A DNA stretch of 64,000 nucleotides from assembly GCA_033763455.1 (NCBI GenBank), contig JANRKO010000006.1, forward strand, positions 96,001 to 160,000. The letters run 5' to 3'. Below are positions 9,229 through 19,016 of this stretch, in pieces; the first letter of the stretch is position 1, and every line of letters starts with the position of its first letter. The position numbers and the translations under genes are program-made. Origin of the DNA: Polyangiaceae bacterium (GTDB lineage: Bacteria > Myxococcota_A > Polyangia > Polyangiales > Polyangiaceae). The notes under the pieces were generated by a model. It worked only from the letters and a program-made list of their open reading frames with translations, searched no databases and was not told the DNA's origin.

Positions 9229-11127
9229 ATGTCAGGACAAGAACCCACTTCGCAGCAGCGCTATCAGCAGTTCATCAAGCAGAGGAGCACGCTTGAGCGT
9301 GCGATGTTCGCGCGCACCGAGGCTTCCCGGTCCGAACGCAAGCACCTTCGGCGCCAATACCTGGAGTGGCTGTTGCCGCATAAGTGGCAAGTAGGCGTCG
9401 TCTTTTTGCTCTCTTTGGTGGGCATCGCTGTGGACATGGTGTGGCCGCTCTTGTCCGGCTACCTCATCGACAAGGTAATTCTCAACAGTGCCCTGACAAC
9501 GACCAAGAAGGTTGAAACCATCGCCTTAGCTTCGGCCGGTATGCTCGCTCTATTTTTGCTCAATTCTGGGATGAATTGGGTGCGAAGCTTGCGCATGCAG
9601 CTCCTTAACTCGAATTTGGCGTTCAGCTTGCGTGCGTTGCTTTATCGCCGAGTGCTGCGATTGCCATTGCAGGAAATCAACGCCATGAAAACGGGCGGAA
9701 TCGTTTCGCGACTTTCGAACGATGTGGACAACACCACGGGGCTCCTCCAACAAGCGGTGATTAGCCCAACGCTTTCGACGCTGCGCCTGGTGGCGACGCT
9801 GTCGATCATTGTGATGCTCAATTGGAAGATCGCTCTGGCCGTGATGGTGGCTATTCCACCGATCCTTTTGGTCCAGAATCTGTGGGCGAAGCGCGTTCGT
9901 CTGGTGTGGAAATCTTCGCGGCAAGATCGCCAGGAGATCGACGCGAGGGTGTCAGAAGCCCTGAACGGGATCCGGATTGTAAGGGGCTTTCAGCGGGAAA
10001 CGAGGGAAGAGCGCGAGTACACAGTTGGGCACCACACGGTGATTCGCAAGCAGATGCTCATCACGCGCATGCAACGCAGCGTGGCAATGATTTGGGAACT
10101 GATCTTGCCAATTACGCAGCTTACCGTTATCGCCTACGGCGGCTACTTGGTGGTGATGGGGGAAACCACCGTCGGCACATTGGTGGCTTTTCAGGGCTAT
10201 GTGTGGCGCCTGCTTGAACCCATCATTCAGCTTTCCAATTCCATCAGCGAAACTCAAAGGAGCTTTGCGTCGATGGAGCGAGTGTTCGAGGTGCTCGATA
10301 AGCCAGCAGAAATGCCCGACGCACCGCATGCGGTTGAGCCAAAGAGCCCCATCGAATCCATCGAGTTCGACCACGTCCACTTCGCTTACCGCCCGGATTT
10401 GGTGGTAATTCAAGATTTTCATCTTACCGTACCTGCCGGCTCCGTCGTAGCTCTGGTTGGCCCGAGTGGTGCGGGCAAGACCACCGTTACCGATTTGGTG
10501 GCTCGCTTTTACGATCCAACCAGCGGCGCGATTCGGATCAACGGCATAGATCTTCGGGAGCTTCGGCTGCGCTCCTACCGCAGCCTATTGGGCATCGTTG
10601 CTCAAGAGGTCTTCTTGTTCGATGGAAGCGTGCGTGAGAACATTGCCTACGGGCGAAAGAGTGCGGCACATTCGGAGATTGTGGGTGCAGCTATGCGGGC
10701 GAACGCTCATGAGTTTATCGAGCAACTTCCGGAGGGTTACAACACTCTGATTGGTGAGCGAGGGGTCAAGCTTTCAGGTGGGCAGAGGCAGCGGCTGAGT
10801 ATTGCGCGAGCGCTCTTGGCGGATCCGAAGATCCTGATTTTGGACGAAGCCACGAGCAACCTGGATACCGAGAGCGAGCAGTTGATTCAGGCGTCGATCG
10901 CCGAATTGCTAAAGAATAGAACAACGTTTGTGATCGCTCATCGCCTCAGCACCATTACGGACGCCAACGTGATCGTGGTGATGGATGGAGGGCGCATTGA
11001 GGAGCTTGGCACACATGATGAGCTGATGAAAAAGCGCGGGATGTATTTTCAGATGGTGGAGCGCCAGCGGCAGAGGGAGCTTTCGGGCGAACATGGGGCT
11101 CTGGAGTGGGCGCCTGCTCCCGGCTGA
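9229..11127 (+). CDS. ABC exporter, fused permease/ATP-binding protein
   Basis: TM domain followed by Walker A GPSGAGKT, LSGGQRQR, ILILDEATS and IAHRLST. Start likely ATG 9229. Confidence 0.93.
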   Translation: MSGQEPTSQQRYQQFIKQRSTLERAMFARTEASRSERKHLRRQYLEWLLPHKWQVGVVFLLSLVGIAVDMVWPLLSGYLIDKVILNSALTTTKKVETIALASAGMLALFLLNSGMNWVRSLRMQLLNSNLAFSLRALLYRRVLRLPLQEINAMKTGGIVSRLSNDVDNTTGLLQQAVISPTLSTLRLVATLSIIVMLNWKIALAVMVAIPPILLVQNLWAKRVRLVWKSSRQDRQEIDARVSEALNGIRIVRGFQRETREEREYTVGHHTVIRKQMLITRMQRSVAMIWELILPITQLTVIAYGGYLVVMGETTVGTLVAFQGYVWRLLEPIIQLSNSISETQRSFASMERVFEVLDKPAEMPDAPHAVEPKSPIESIEFDHVHFAYRPDLVVIQDFHLTVPAGSVVALVGPSGAGKTTVTDLVARFYDPTSGAIRINGIDLRELRLRSYRSLLGIVAQEVFLFDGSVRENIAYGRKSAAHSEIVGAAMRANAHEFIEQLPEGYNTLIGERGVKLSGGQRQRLSIARALLADPKILILDEATSNLDTESEQLIQASIAELLKNRTTFVIAHRLSTITDANVIVVMDGGRIEELGTHDELMKKRGMYFQMVERQRQRELSGEHGALEWAPAPG

Positions 11128-11285
11128 GCGTCGCGCCGCGAAAGGTGTGAACCGGGAAGCGATATGGAAAAGGCGTGTTGAGCGGATCTGCTACTGCCGT
11201 TTGAAGAAGCTCACGATGATGAAATCACCCAGAGCCAATGGGGCCATGGTATTGCCGTCGACAGGATTTGCCGCACCCGTGCAGC

Positions 11286-12632
11286 CTACAAGGCGCTCGG
11301 GCAACCCGCGGGAAGGGCGTAACCGGCGACGAATTGGTGGATAAAGATATTGCTCGTGCCCGGGGCATCCGTCCATGAGAGGCCGTCGTTGCTGGTCGCG
11401 AACGCCGCGTTGTTACCCTGGCGCGCCGTGACCCAAGCACCCGAAAGGGTCCGTACGTTCGTCTCGATGTGTGCCCCACCGGGACTTATCGTGACGCTCG
11501 TCCACGTAACGCCATCTTGGCTCCGAAATCCATCGTTCCAGTGGTAAGCAATGAATTCGCTACCGGTCCAAAGGATAGTCCGCAGGTTGTCGGTCGGCGT
11601 CGAGGCCCCCACGGTTTTCAGAGGCAGAGGGCCCGTCCAGTGAACACCACCGTCGTCGGAACGGCAAACGTGGCCGTCGTTGGTGGTCATGACGAACACT
11701 CCGTTGCCATAAGCCAAGCCGCTTGGGCTACAGGCTTGGGGGTAGGCGAGAGGACGGGAAAAGTTGATGCCGTCTGTGCTCACCACCATGTCGCGCGCGC
11801 CTCCCGTATCGTAATGGAGCAGAAAACGCCCCCCTCCGTAGGGGGCGAAAAATGCGGCCCGTGCGTTATTCGCGCCAGGAAATGTGTCAAAAGGGGCGCC
11901 CTTTTTCCAGGTTGCACCGTCGTCGTCGCTGTAGAGCGCGGGCCTGCTGTTGGCAACGATGCGCCCGTTGCCGACGGCCATTCCGCCGGTGCTTTGGTCA
12001 TAAACTCGTTCCCAGTGGAGGCCGTCGCGGGTGCGTCGGATCTGGGTATCATTCCCTTCGTTGCCGAACGGCGCGACAAACCAGCCGTTCGAATACGCAA
12101 GACCGAGAGCCCGACCGGGATCGTGTGAACAGTCGCCATCGTTTGCGCAGTTCCCTCCCGGCACCGCGCGACCTTCGCGCCAGGTTCGGCCGTCGTCACA
12201 CGAGACCATTGTCAGAAACCCGGAGCCGACGCCGAGTACCATCGGCACCCCCCCGGGAATGCTCGGCTCGTTTGAGCCTCCATTACCACCGGTACCGCTG
12301 CTTGAAGCTGTCCCTCCCGCACCGACTTGTGCGGAGCCGCCTCCCGCTCCTCCAACCTGCTGTGAGCCGCCCGTCGGGGACGAAGCACCTCCTGCGCCGC
12401 TTTGCGTGGAGCCGCCTATCGGGGGTGAGCCACCGGCTGCTAGCGGGGCCGGGCCAGCCATTGTCGACCCGGTTCCGCCCGCTTGCGGGGAGCCTCCCCC
12501 CGAATTGGGGCTGCCTCCTGTGGCGCTCGCGGGGGTGGAAGCGATCCCCCCACGGGTCCTCTCGCCGGACTGGCCGCAGGCACCAGCCACTAAGGTCGCA
12601 GCAATTGCCAGAGCATGTGCACTTCGTCGCAT
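11286..12632 (-). CDS. Lipoprotein with Gly-rich linker and BNR/Asp-box beta-propeller
   Basis: Lipobox AGAC, long G/S/T linker, repeated SxDxGxTW-like boxes (SCDDGRTW, SDDDGATW, SDDGGVHW, SQDGVTW, SNDGLSW). Confidence 0.75.
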   Translation of the reverse strand: MRRSAHALAIAATLVAGACGQSGERTRGGIASTPASATGGSPNSGGGSPQAGGTGSTMAGPAPLAAGGSPPIGGSTQSGAGGASSPTGGSQQVGGAGGGSAQVGAGGTASSSGTGGNGGSNEPSIPGGVPMVLGVGSGFLTMVSCDDGRTWREGRAVPGGNCANDGDCSHDPGRALGLAYSNGWFVAPFGNEGNDTQIRRTRDGLHWERVYDQSTGGMAVGNGRIVANSRPALYSDDDGATWKKGAPFDTFPGANNARAAFFAPYGGGRFLLHYDTGGARDMVVSTDGINFSRPLAYPQACSPSGLAYGNGVFVMTTNDGHVCRSDDGGVHWTGPLPLKTVGASTPTDNLRTILWTGSEFIAYHWNDGFRSQDGVTWTSVTISPGGAHIETNVRTLSGAWVTARQGNNAAFATSNDGLSWTDAPGTSNIFIHQFVAGYALPAGCPSAL

Positions 12633-12912
12633 CGCCCCCAGTAACTCGGGGTGCGACTAGTGGGTCACCAACGGGGAGCCCAGTGAGCGCGATGAGCCAA
12701 GCGTGACTAACCGGGAAGGCGTGTCAGAGGCACGTTTGCGTGACCTTCGAGGTACTGCGCACGCAAGAGCCAACGCAGCCGAGGATACGTCCGATCGTAG
12801 CAGCTTGGGCCACCGCCGGTCCGATCACTAGCTGGCAACGTGGATGGAATAAAGCGCTTACGCCGAAGCGCCCCGGCTCCTGAGAGCCGAGGCGCCCATC
12901 GAGTACACCCGC

Positions 12913-14841
12913 TCAGCTTCCGATCTGGCCGCCGTCCTCTTTCGTAATCACGATGGTCGACGAGCGTGGACGCCCGCCCAAATCGCCATCGGGCCATGAA
13001 CTGTAACGCTTTGGGTTCAGTGGGTCATTCACCCCAGTGGGTGCCTCGCCAGGGTGTTGAATGCCCACAAACATGGTCTTTTCATCCGGGGTGACGAACA
13101 CTCCGGTGACTTCGCACACGTTCGGGCCCTGGAGGAAGCGGCGTGTTTCTCCGGTCCAAGGATCCGCACACAACATCTGGTTGTTGCCGAAGCCCGCGTA
13201 GGCACCTGCGTTGATGGTGCTGCCCGAAACGTCAGTTTGGATCCAGAGGCGGCCGCTCGGGGCCACGTAGATGCCGTCGGGTGAACCGTATTTGTCTCCC
13301 ACGATGGTGGAGCCGGTAGCTGGATTGGCAGGGTCGCCGGCGAGCGCGAAGATGTCCCAACCGAAGGTATTTTCCGTCCAATCGTTGCGGTAGTACCAGC
13401 GAATGATGTGGCCGTAGGGGTTCGGACCACGTGGGTTTGGCGCATCCACCGGGGCTGTGGTCCCACGTCGACTATTGTTCGTGAGTGTTGCGATGGCCGT
13501 GAGTTGATCCGGGAACGTGTCGATCCACTCGGGTCGATCCATCTTGGTTGCACCCACACGGTCTGCGGCGCCGCGCGTATTGATGAGAATGTCGCTCATA
13601 GACCAACCGGCAAGTGCGGGATTGCTCGGTGTGAGCGGAAGCCATGCTCCAGAGCCGTCGGCGTTGAACTTGCCCACGTAGAGCGTGCCTTCGTCCAGTG
13701 GGCTCTTGCCTTGCTTGATGGCCTTGCGCCACGGCAAGGCAGACACGAAGCGGTAGATGTACTCGAACTGCTCGTCATCGCCCGAGTAGACGACAACACG
13801 GCCGTCCCGAGCTTCTTGCACCCAGGCACCTTCGTGCTTAAAGCGGCCGAGGGCCGTACGCTTGACGGGGGTGGACTCGGGATCGAACGGATCAATCTCG
13901 ACAACCCAGCCAAAGCGGTTCGGCTCGTTCGGTTCAGCATCGACACTGAAACGCTTGTCTGTCGTGTGCCAGAGGTAGCCGAACCCAGATGCCGTTATCC
14001 CATAGCGGCGCTCGAGTTCGGTCTGTGTGCCCGTCTTACGGAAATAACCATTAAAGTTCTCTTCGCAGGTGAGGTAGGTACCCCAAGGCGTGTAACCCAT
14101 TGCGCAATTGTTGAGGGTTCCAAGCACGAGCTTGCCAGTCGGATCTGCGCTCGTCATGAGGCGCGGATCGCCCGCCGCAGGGCCGCCCATGGCGATGGGC
14201 GTCATGCCCGTGATGCGCCGGTTATACTCAGACCTTTGCACCACTCGCCACTGGTTGCGAACTCGACGCGCGCGACGTTCGTCGCGAGCGTCATCGTCCT
14301 TGTCCTCGTCGCGCTTGTGGCCGCGCTTGACCACCTCAACAATGCTCACCCCGTGCGCATTTAGAGACTTGTTGGTCTTCTCTTGGTTCCAGTTCGCTAT
14401 GCCATCAGTGAAGAGCAACACATCGTCAGTGTATTCGTGGTTTTGCACGAGGAGCCCGCGATCGGAATCCTCAATCGGGAAGTAAACCAGGCCATCGTTG
14501 TGCATGCCCCACTGCTTGGCCTGATCTTCTGCCGTATTGCTGGCGTCCTGCGCAAAAGCAGGGGCTCGGCGAAGGATCGGATCGCCCCAGGAAATGAGCA
14601 CCTCTGCCTTGTACCCCTGGGGAACGACTATCGAGTCGGCGCTCGAAACCGGAATTGCCTGAAAGCCAAGTAGCGCTTTGGGCTTCTTGGCGGCCGCAGG
14701 GACGCTCGCAAGGAGGGCGCTAACGCCTGCCAGCGCAGAGGCTCCGAGCAAACCGCGGCGCGACAAGCGCGCTTTGGCTACCTCTTCAAGAGTTTCGTTG
14801 CTTGAGATGTTAGAAATGTTGTCATCGTCGATAATAGACAT
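12913..14841 (-). CDS. phoX: PhoX-family alkaline phosphatase (Tat-exported)
   Basis: LSRRGLL, GMHNDG, NHEY, GTLNNCAMGYTPWGTYLTCEEN, LGRFKHE, MDRPEW, SPDG, IQHPGE. Confidence 0.93.
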   Translation of the reverse strand: MSIIDDDNISNISSNETLEEVAKARLSRRGLLGASALAGVSALLASVPAAAKKPKALLGFQAIPVSSADSIVVPQGYKAEVLISWGDPILRRAPAFAQDASNTAEDQAKQWGMHNDGLVYFPIEDSDRGLLVQNHEYTDDVLLFTDGIANWNQEKTNKSLNAHGVSIVEVVKRGHKRDEDKDDDARDERRARRVRNQWRVVQRSEYNRRITGMTPIAMGGPAAGDPRLMTSADPTGKLVLGTLNNCAMGYTPWGTYLTCEENFNGYFRKTGTQTELERRYGITASGFGYLWHTTDKRFSVDAEPNEPNRFGWVVEIDPFDPESTPVKRTALGRFKHEGAWVQEARDGRVVVYSGDDEQFEYIYRFVSALPWRKAIKQGKSPLDEGTLYVGKFNADGSGAWLPLTPSNPALAGWSMSDILINTRGAADRVGATKMDRPEWIDTFPDQLTAIATLTNNSRRGTTAPVDAPNPRGPNPYGHIIRWYYRNDWTENTFGWDIFALAGDPANPATGSTIVGDKYGSPDGIYVAPSGRLWIQTDVSGSTINAGAYAGFGNNQMLCADPWTGETRRFLQGPNVCEVTGVFVTPDEKTMFVGIQHPGEAPTGVNDPLNPKRYSSWPDGDLGGRPRSSTIVITKEDGGQIGS

Positions 14842-15040
14842 TGGGGGATTCCTTTGGGTTGTAAGGACGGACCAATCCCGTCGAGCAGCTCCGTGCTAGC
14901 CCATGAGGGCGGTGTCGCTGGGTGACGTTCTGGGGAAGAATCGGCAGCGGTTCCTCGAACCCTTGGTGAAAGTTTCAACCTTTCATCACCGCGCCGGACA
15001 GGTCCGACCCACTGCAGTTCCAAGGCCCCGCGTCGTGCGC

Positions 15041-15943
15041 CTAGAGCTCCAAGAACTTCCAGTCGCAGCTGGATGTAACTAATTCGACAAACGCACGAAC
15101 CTTGGCCGAAAGCATGCGCGTGCTCGAATACACAATATGGATCGGCAAGGGGGGAAGCTCATATTCCGGTAGAATAACGCGCAGCCGTCCGGCCTTCACC
15201 GCCTCGACGACTTGATAGCTGAGGGCCAATGTGAGCCCTCCGGCGCGTTCGGCGTGCCCGATGGCGGCATCCGCGCTGTTGGTGGTGTAGTGGGGCTTGA
15301 TAGCGATGCGATGATCTGCGCCCAAAGCGCTCTGGAAACGCCACTCTGGCAAAGGATTGAGCGCGGTGAACTGGATGGTATGGTGGTGCACGATGTCATC
15401 AGGTGTGCGGAGCTTTTTGCTTCGTGCCAGGTATTTCGGTGCTGCAACCAACACGCGCCGAGTAGCGCCCACCATGCGAGCCACCTGCCTTGAATCTTCA
15501 AGGTGACCAATGCGCACGGCTGCGTCGATCCCTTCCTCGACCAAATTCGAGACGCGATCAGATAAGGTAAGCTCCCCTGTGACGGCCGGGTAGCGAGCCA
15601 GATATGTGCACATGAGGGGCGCGACGTGGAGGCGACCAAACACGTTGGGCGCGGCAACCACGAATTGCCCGGCGGGCGTGGTACGCTCGGCTTGCGCGGC
15701 AGCCTCCGCCTCTGCCACGTCCGCCAAGATACGCCGTGCGCGTTCTAGATAACGAGAACCAGCATCCGTAAGCGTGACCGAACGGGTAGTTCTTTGCAGC
15801 AGGCGTGCGCCTAAGTGCTCCTCTAAGGCGGCGACTAGGCGAGTGGCTGCCGAAGCTGACACTTTGAGACGCCGCGCAGCGGGCGCAAACCCACGGAGCT
15901 CGGCCACAGCTACGAAAACTCCCATGGCTTCCAGGCGATCCAT
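15041..15943 (-). CDS. LysR-family transcriptional regulator (CrgA/DmlR-like)
   Basis: N-terminal HTH with LEEHLGARLLQRTTRSVTLTDAG; LVEEGIDAAVRIG; KVRAFVE. Confidence 0.95.
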   Translation of the reverse strand: MDRLEAMGVFVAVAELRGFAPAARRLKVSASAATRLVAALEEHLGARLLQRTTRSVTLTDAGSRYLERARRILADVAEAEAAAQAERTTPAGQFVVAAPNVFGRLHVAPLMCTYLARYPAVTGELTLSDRVSNLVEEGIDAAVRIGHLEDSRQVARMVGATRRVLVAAPKYLARSKKLRTPDDIVHHHTIQFTALNPLPEWRFQSALGADHRIAIKPHYTTNSADAAIGHAERAGGLTLALSYQVVEAVKAGRLRVILPEYELPPLPIHIVYSSTRMLSAKVRAFVELVTSSCDWKFLEL

Positions 15944-15948
15944 CCTAT

Positions 15949-15967
15949 TATTGCATCATGAGCAATA
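15949..15967. promoter_or_regulatory. Putative LysR-binding palindrome TATTGC-N7-GCAATA (contains T-N11-A)
   Basis: TATTGCATCATGAGCAATA lies directly upstream of the lysR start in the divergent lysR/ahpD-like intergenic region. Confidence 0.7.
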
Positions 15968-16073
15968 GTGAAGTGTCAATCGGCATAATTGTTATCTTTC
16001 GGGCAATGACGCACCTTCTCAGCACACCGGAGCGAACCTTTCGTTCCCATCATCCCCAGAAAGAACCCTAATA

Positions 16074-16667
16074 ATGTCTCGTATTCCGACCCCTGATTCG
16101 ATCGAAACCTCCCCCGCGCAGGCTCAACCGCTGCTCCAGGCAGTTCGCCAGCAGCTCGGCAGCGTGCCCAATCTCTTTCGCATCGTTGGCAATAGCCCGG
16201 CCGCTCTCGAAGGGTACCTTGGGCTGAGCGGCGCGCTCGGGCACGGAAAGCTGGACGTGCGAACGCGAGCTCGCATCGCCCTTCTGGTCGCAGAGTTGAA
16301 CCGTTGCGGCTACTGCCTCTCGGCGCACACCTATCTCGGAAAGAATGTGACTCGGCTGGACGACGCCGAAATGGAGCAGAACCGTGCCGGGTTATCCGCG
16401 GAGCCGAAATCGGAAGCAGCTCTGCGTTTTGCGAGCGCCCTGGTGCGCGAGCGTGGCCATGTGTCCGAAAGCGACGTCGAGGCCGTAAGAGCGGCAGGCC
16501 ATAGCGATGCCGAAGTAGTGGAGATTGTAGTCCACGTGGCCCTCAATACGCTCACCAACTACGTGAACAGCGCGCTTGGAACCGATGTTGATTTTCCAAG
16601 CGTTGCGCCTCGCCCCCAAGCGGCCACCGCGCGCGTTTCGGCCAACACTGCTACTTTGAGTTTGTAA
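16074..16667 (+). CDS. Carboxymuconolactone decarboxylase/AhpD-like peroxidase-related protein
   Basis: VPNLFR, IALLVAELNRCGYCLSAH (CxxC..H), LNTLTNYVN. Confidence 0.9.
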   Translation: MSRIPTPDSIETSPAQAQPLLQAVRQQLGSVPNLFRIVGNSPAALEGYLGLSGALGHGKLDVRTRARIALLVAELNRCGYCLSAHTYLGKNVTRLDDAEMEQNRAGLSAEPKSEAALRFASALVRERGHVSESDVEAVRAAGHSDAEVVEIVVHVALNTLTNYVNSALGTDVDFPSVAPRPQAATARVSANTATLSL

Positions 16668-16677
16668 GGCGGTTTCA

Positions 16678-17307
16678 ATGAGCAATCCGCATCTGTTCCC
16701 GAGCGATGTCGCGTTTACGCCCGCCGTCAAGGCTATCCAAGCCTCTAAGGGCTCACGGGAGGCGTACGCGCGTATGGAGCGGGGCTCCGGGTGGGAGACC
16801 AAAATCAACGAAGAGCTCGCTGCATTCATCCATGAACAGACGAGCTTCTTTCTGGCGACCGCGAACCAGGAAGGTCAGCCCTACATCCAGCACCGTGGAG
16901 GCCCCAAGGGGTTTCTGCGAGTGTTGGATGAGAGCACGCTGGGCTTTGCGGATTTTCGAGGCAACCGCCAATACATCTCCATGGGAAACCTCGTGGAGCA
17001 ACCGAAAGTGCACTTGTTCTTGATCGACTACGCCGAGCGCAGGCGTGTGAAGATTTGGGGCGAAGCACGCGTGGTGGAAGATGATCCTGAGCTGCTAAAG
17101 GAACTTACTCCTGATGGGTATGAGGCTCACCCCGAGCGGGTAATGTTGATCCACGTAAAGGCCTGGGACGCCAATTGCCCTCAACACATCCCGCAGAGGT
17201 TTGAAGCGGCCGATGTGCAGGAGGCCCTGGAGTCGCGCGAACAGCGCATCTTGGCGCTAGAAGCTGAAGTGGTGAAGCTGAAGCGAGAGCTGGGAAAGGC
17301 ACGTTGA
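16678..17307 (+). CDS. Pyridoxamine 5'-phosphate oxidase-like FMN-binding protein
   Basis: FFLATAN..GQPYIQHRGGPKGFL, ADFRGNRQYIS.GN, WDANCPQHI. Confidence 0.9.
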   Translation: MSNPHLFPSDVAFTPAVKAIQASKGSREAYARMERGSGWETKINEELAAFIHEQTSFFLATANQEGQPYIQHRGGPKGFLRVLDESTLGFADFRGNRQYISMGNLVEQPKVHLFLIDYAERRRVKIWGEARVVEDDPELLKELTPDGYEAHPERVMLIHVKAWDANCPQHIPQRFEAADVQEALESREQRILALEAEVVKLKRELGKAR

Positions 17308-17568
17308 CCAGATCGGTGTTTGGTGATCTGGTGCGGACCCAAAATAACAGCAACCGCGGCCAACGGAGCATCGCTTGAGATCGTGCCTGGCTCCGCACTC
17401 TACTACCCGGAAGCTATGGACCCCGGCGGCGTGGGAACCGGTGGCAGCACCGGTAACCTTGGCCCAGCTGGAGGCGCACCAAGCAGCCCTCGTGGAACCG
17501 GCGGTGCAAGCACCTCAGCAATTCCCACACCCTCCAATTGCCCTTAGCGTGAACGGAACAAGTGCGGC

Positions 17569-18987
17569 TTAGCTCACGCGTTCCACCCGGAATTTTTTGC
17601 CTTTGATACGCCCGGTGCGGAGGCTCTCGAAGGCGCGTTCACTCACGTTTTTCTTGATCGCGACGTAAGCAAAGCGCTCGTGGAGCTCGATCTTTCCTAT
17701 GTCTTCGCCTTTGAGGCCTCCGGCGTCTCCGGTTAATGCTCCGAGAATGTCGCCAGGGCGCAGCTTCTCCTTGCGGCCGCCGTACAGCTTGAGAGTGTCC
17801 ATGCTGGCATCGCGCACTACAGCCTTTGAGGGCGTCTCGCGTTCCTTAGAGGGCCGAGGGCTATGCTGAGTAGGCGTTAAGGTGGTGCCCACGTAGTGTT
17901 CGATGGCTTCGAGCCTAGCCTGCTCAGCGGGAGCGCAAAGGGAAACGGCCAGGCCCTGGTTGCCGGCACGCCCGGTGCGGCCGACGCGATGTAGGTATAC
18001 TTCTGGCTGGCTCGGGAGCTCGTAATTGACCACCAAATCGAGCTTATCGAGGTCGATGCCGCGGGCGGCAACGTCAGTAGCCACGAGGACGCGGGTACTG
18101 CCGTTTCTAAACTTTGCCATCACTCGGTCGCGGTCGAATTGTTTAAGGTCTCCATGCAAACTCGCGACGCTGATGCCTGCGGCGCTGAGCACGGCTTCGA
18201 GCTTTGCCACCGAAAGCTTGAGGTTAGCGAACACCAACGCCGAATCATGCCGATGTGTTTGAAGCGTGTTAAGGAGAGCTTGTGGTTTGTGCTCAGCTGC
18301 AACGTGCACCACCAGCTGCCGAATGTCGCGGGGTTCGTCCGGTTGGTCGATGCTGATCTGCAGCGGATCGCGCTGATATTTACAGCTCAGCTCCTGCATT
18401 GAAGGCGGGAAGGTGGCGGAGAAGAAGATCGTCTGCCGCGCGGAGGGGAGCGCTTTTAAGATCTTGGCCATGTCGGGGGCAAAACCCATGTCCAACATGC
18501 GGTCTGCTTCGTCGAGCACAACGGTGTTCACGTTATGCACTCTCAAGGTGCGGCGGCGAAGATGGTCAAGCACGCGGCCCGGCGTGCCAATCACAACGTG
18601 CACCCCCGTGGTGAGCGCGCTGGTCTGATCCCGGAGCGGCTGGCCTCCCGCCAACACCACCAGCGAAAGCCCCGGCAGGTTGCGCCCAAGCTTACGAAAC
18701 TCACGTGCAATTTGCGCACCGAGCTCACGCGTCGGGCAGAGCACGATTGTGCTGAGCTCGCGCGGCTGAAGCTTGAGGCGCTGCAAGATCGGCAGAGCGA
18801 ACGCGGCCGTTTTACCGCTCCCCGTTTTCGACTGCCCCACCACATCTTTGCCTTCGAGGATCCTCGGGATAGCGGCGGCCTGGATGGGCGTGAGCTGCTC
18901 ATAACCCAGCGCTTGGACCACCTCGAGCAGCTCGGGAGAGAGGGCGAGTGTGCTCGGATCTGTGTCGGAAGGCATCTGGCGGAGCAT
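17569..18987 (-). CDS. dbpA: ATP-dependent RNA helicase DbpA
   Basis: Q motif, TGSGKT, PTREL, DEAD, SAT, HRVGRTGRAG, and C-terminal GGRKEKLRPGDILGAL RNA-binding domain. Confidence 0.93.
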   Translation of the reverse strand: MLRQMPSDTDPSTLALSPELLEVVQALGYEQLTPIQAAAIPRILEGKDVVGQSKTGSGKTAAFALPILQRLKLQPRELSTIVLCPTRELGAQIAREFRKLGRNLPGLSLVVLAGGQPLRDQTSALTTGVHVVIGTPGRVLDHLRRRTLRVHNVNTVVLDEADRMLDMGFAPDMAKILKALPSARQTIFFSATFPPSMQELSCKYQRDPLQISIDQPDEPRDIRQLVVHVAAEHKPQALLNTLQTHRHDSALVFANLKLSVAKLEAVLSAAGISVASLHGDLKQFDRDRVMAKFRNGSTRVLVATDVAARGIDLDKLDLVVNYELPSQPEVYLHRVGRTGRAGNQGLAVSLCAPAEQARLEAIEHYVGTTLTPTQHSPRPSKERETPSKAVVRDASMDTLKLYGGRKEKLRPGDILGALTGDAGGLKGEDIGKIELHERFAYVAIKKNVSERAFESLRTGRIKGKKFRVERVS

Positions 18988-19016
18988 AGCCCTACGTGGA
19001 GTGCTACTGTCACGGT

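Noticed and set aside
14260..14330. Charged insertion (RGHKRDEDKDDDARDERRARR) in PhoX as an intein or mobile insert
   Set aside because: It is a short in-frame low-complexity loop with no splicing motifs or flanking repeats.
14965..14990. Pho box upstream of phoX
   Set aside because: An inverted repeat TGAAAG-N7-CTTTCA is present, but I could not find convincing 11-bp-spaced GTCA(T/C) direct repeats.
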